Source: Elusimicrobiota bacterium (GTDB taxonomy: Bacteria; Elusimicrobiota; Elusimicrobia; UBA1565; UBA9628). From it: a stretch of 64,000 nucleotides of DNA. This document shows, piece by piece, positions 60,612 to 64,000 of this stretch (its first letter is position 1; the number at the start of each line of letters is the position of its first letter). The notes beneath the pieces were generated by a model. It worked only from the letters and a program-made list of their open reading frames with translations, searched no databases and was not told the origin of the DNA. The translations under genes and the position numbers were made by a program. The stretch spans positions 256,172 through 320,171 of the forward strand of contig JACRDQ010000030.1 in NCBI GenBank assembly GCA_016218545.1. The letters run 5' to 3'.

Positions 60612-62221
60612 GGTCTGCTTCAGCGGTGTGGTGGGCGTGCGTCGTCTCAGCCGTGCTTCCGAGCCTTTCCTGGGCCATCCGCGTCGAGACCCTGACCGGG
60701 GTCCTGGCGGACGGGAGGCCCGTGGAGGTCGTGGCCGGCCAGGTCCTGGTGCGCTTCTCCACGGCCGCGGCTCACGCCCAGGCCCGGGCCGCGGCGCTCG
60801 AGAGCAGGGGCGGCCGCGACCGCGGGAGCGTGGGCGGGACGGATTGGGCCCTCGTGGACCTGCCTCCGGGCATGAAGGTCAGCGAGGGTCTGGGCTGGGT
60901 CAAGGCCCTGCCTGGCGCGCTCGCAGCGGAGCCCAACCATGTCATGCGGCCCAACAGGACCCCCAACGACCCGATCGTCTCCTCGCAGTGGGCCCTGAGG
61001 GCGGTCAATGCCTTCGGAGCGTGGGAGTATGAGACAGGAGGCTCCTCCCGGGTCACGGTCGCGGTCATCGACGCGGGCATCGACGCTGTCCATCCCGACC
61101 TGAGCGGCAAGCTCGTGGGCACGAGCCGCTTCTACGACCCTGACCTGGGCGACGGGGACCAGAGCGGGGTCAACCAGCCTCCGACTCCTGCCTGCAACCA
61201 CGCCACCCGCGTGGCGGGCGTGGCAGGCGCCTCCTCGGACAACGGGCTGGGCATCGCGGGCATGTCCTGGGGCGCGGGGCTGCTGTCCCTCAAGGTCTTC
61301 GAGGACAACGACTGCGACCTCACCGACTCCGGGTGCGGGCTCAGCGGGTGCGCCACCTCGATCGCGGCCGTGGTCGCCGCCCTCAACTACGCCAGGACCC
61401 TCCACAACACCGCGGCCATCGGCAAGATCGTGGTGAACATGAGCATCGGCGACGCCGTGACTTGTCCCGGGGCCCTGCAGGCCGGCGTCACCGACGCGGT
61501 CAACGACGGGCTCCTCCTCGTGGCCTCGGCCGGCAACGACGGCAGCGGCGTGATGTCTCCGGCCAACTGCACGGGAGTCATGCCCGTGGGAGCCACGGAC
61601 GAGAACAACGCGGTCGCTTCCTTCTCCTCGCGCGGCTCGGCCATGGCTTCCTACGGCCTGGTGGCCCCGGGCGTGATCGTGGTGACCTCGACCTTGGGCG
61701 ACACCTACGCGGGCGCGACCGGCACTTCCTTCTCCGCTCCCATGGTATCGGGCGCCGCTGCCCTGGTCTGGTCCGCCAGGCCGGAGTTCACGGCGGAGCA
61801 GGTCAAGCAGACCCTGAGGCTTTCCGCGGACAACATCGGCGCCATGGGGTTGGCGAGCGTCGGGTCACGGGTCATGGGCGATGCGAGCGGGGCAGGCAGG
61901 CTCAACGCCTTCCGGGCCATGCGCCTGGCCGTGAGAGGCACGCTCGCGGACTTCGAAGGCGACGCCAAGGCCATCGCGTTCCCGAACCCCTTCCGTCCCG
62001 GGGCCGACGGCCAGACGACCCTCACGGTCCCGCTCGAGGTCCAGGGGAGCCGGCTTTCCATCAAGGTCTACGACGCGGCCGGCAGGCTCGTGCGGGAGTT
62101 GAGCTCCACGAGCTGGGACGGCAAGAACACCGCGGGCGCGCGGGTGGCCTCCGGGGTCTACACCTTCTTCGTGAGCACGGACAAGGGCTCGGCCCTGGGC
62201 CGGCTGACCGTGGTCCGCTAG
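60608..62221 (+). CDS. Secreted subtilisin-like (S8) serine protease with a C-terminal T9SS-type / FlgD-Ig-like sorting domain
   Basis: Signal peptide. S8 triad contexts VAVIDAGID (Asp), NHATRVAGVAG (His), GTSFSAPMVSGAAAL (Ser). C-terminal 80 aa (FPNPFRPG...LSIKVYDAAGRLVREL...GVYTFFVSTDKG...RLTVVR) matches the Por/T9SS C-terminal-domain consensus. Confidence 0.85.
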   Translation: MRSASAVWWACVVSAVLPSLSWAIRVETLTGVLADGRPVEVVAGQVLVRFSTAAAHAQARAAALESRGGRDRGSVGGTDWALVDLPPGMKVSEGLGWVKALPGALAAEPNHVMRPNRTPNDPIVSSQWALRAVNAFGAWEYETGGSSRVTVAVIDAGIDAVHPDLSGKLVGTSRFYDPDLGDGDQSGVNQPPTPACNHATRVAGVAGASSDNGLGIAGMSWGAGLLSLKVFEDNDCDLTDSGCGLSGCATSIAAVVAALNYARTLHNTAAIGKIVVNMSIGDAVTCPGALQAGVTDAVNDGLLLVASAGNDGSGVMSPANCTGVMPVGATDENNAVASFSSRGSAMASYGLVAPGVIVVTSTLGDTYAGATGTSFSAPMVSGAAALVWSARPEFTAEQVKQTLRLSADNIGAMGLASVGSRVMGDASGAGRLNAFRAMRLAVRGTLADFEGDAKAIAFPNPFRPGADGQTTLTVPLEVQGSRLSIKVYDAAGRLVRELSSTSWDGKNTAGARVASGVYTFFVSTDKGSALGRLTVVR

Positions 62222-62568
62222 TGGAGGCCTTCGACGCTGCCCGCGGCCGCACCGTGGCCTCCCGGGTCGTCAAGGCCGAGGCCCTCCTCGACCGCATGCG
62301 AGGCCTGCTGGGCAAAGACTCCCTTCCCGAGGGCGAGGGGCTCTGGATCATCCCCTGCCCTCAGATCCACACCTTCTTCATGCGCTTTCCCATCGACGTC
62401 CTCTTCCTCGACCGCGGCCTCAAGGTCGTGCTGGTCAAGGAGCGCCTCGGGCCCTGGCGGCTTGCGCCCTGGCTGCCGTGGACCTGCGACGCGCACAGCG
62501 TGCTCGAGCTGGCGGCCGGGGCGCTCAGGGGCTCGGTCGAGGTCGGCGACCGGCTGGAGTTCCGCTGA
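62221..62568 (+). CDS. DUF192 (COG1430) family protein
   Basis: GTG overlaps the protease stop (TAGTG). Motifs GLWIIPCPQIHTFFMRFPIDVLFLD ... HSVLEL. Confidence 0.7.
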   Translation: MEAFDAARGRTVASRVVKAEALLDRMRGLLGKDSLPEGEGLWIIPCPQIHTFFMRFPIDVLFLDRGLKVVLVKERLGPWRLAPWLPWTCDAHSVLELAAGALRGSVEVGDRLEFR

Positions 62569-62671
62569 CGGCTTGCGACATTGAACCGGCGAGGCGTTTT
62601 TTAGTAAGAAATGTAAGATAAGGGCCGGGCCGCCCCTCGGGGCGGCTCCAGCGGGCCCAGGGAGAGCCAGT

Positions 62672-64000
<1,329 letters not shown>

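Overview
Segment of about 64 kb of high-GC (roughly 70%) bacterial chromosome, densely coding on both strands, with some 53 supportable genes.

Housekeeping genes recognised by motif: lgt (5' partial), an RluA-family pseudouridine synthase, kbl, purH, ligA, nusB, speA, era, hemW, valS, murC, rsmA/ksgA, efp, mltA and an RdgB-like domain.

These are interspersed with envelope and signalling genes:
- GT-C membrane glycosyltransferase paralogs and an O-antigen-ligase-like protein.
- A MEDS / response regulator / REC-GspE ATPase / TPR / histidine kinase operon.
- An FHA-adenylate cyclase followed by three tandem TPR paralogs, the last fused to a Ser/Thr kinase.
- A caspase-FGE fusion, an S8 protease with a T9SS-type C-terminal sorting domain, an S10 carboxypeptidase and a PilB-like ATPase (3' partial).

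The standout is a translationally coupled operon at 15840-21226. It reads polyprenyl diphosphate synthase, PqqD-like peptide-recognition protein, radical-SAM 1, MenA/UbiA-like membrane prenyltransferase, radical-SAM 2, a 41-aa PqqA-like precursor peptide (not in the ORF track), radical-SAM 3. This looks like an undescribed RiPP-type pathway that could yield a prenylated peptide product or a peptide-derived prenyl-quinone-like cofactor.

Other points: a roughly 166-bp imperfect palindrome between convergent genes; a 60-nt tandem repeat inside a histidine-kinase gene; an in-frame RdgB-TPR fusion; several genes whose ATG sits 6-8 nt after a TATAAT-like hexamer (possible leaderless mRNAs).

No rRNA, tRNA, CRISPR array or obvious mobile element was found. 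Coordinates derived from the ORF track are exact; hand-indexed promoter and hairpin coordinates may be off by 1-2 nt.
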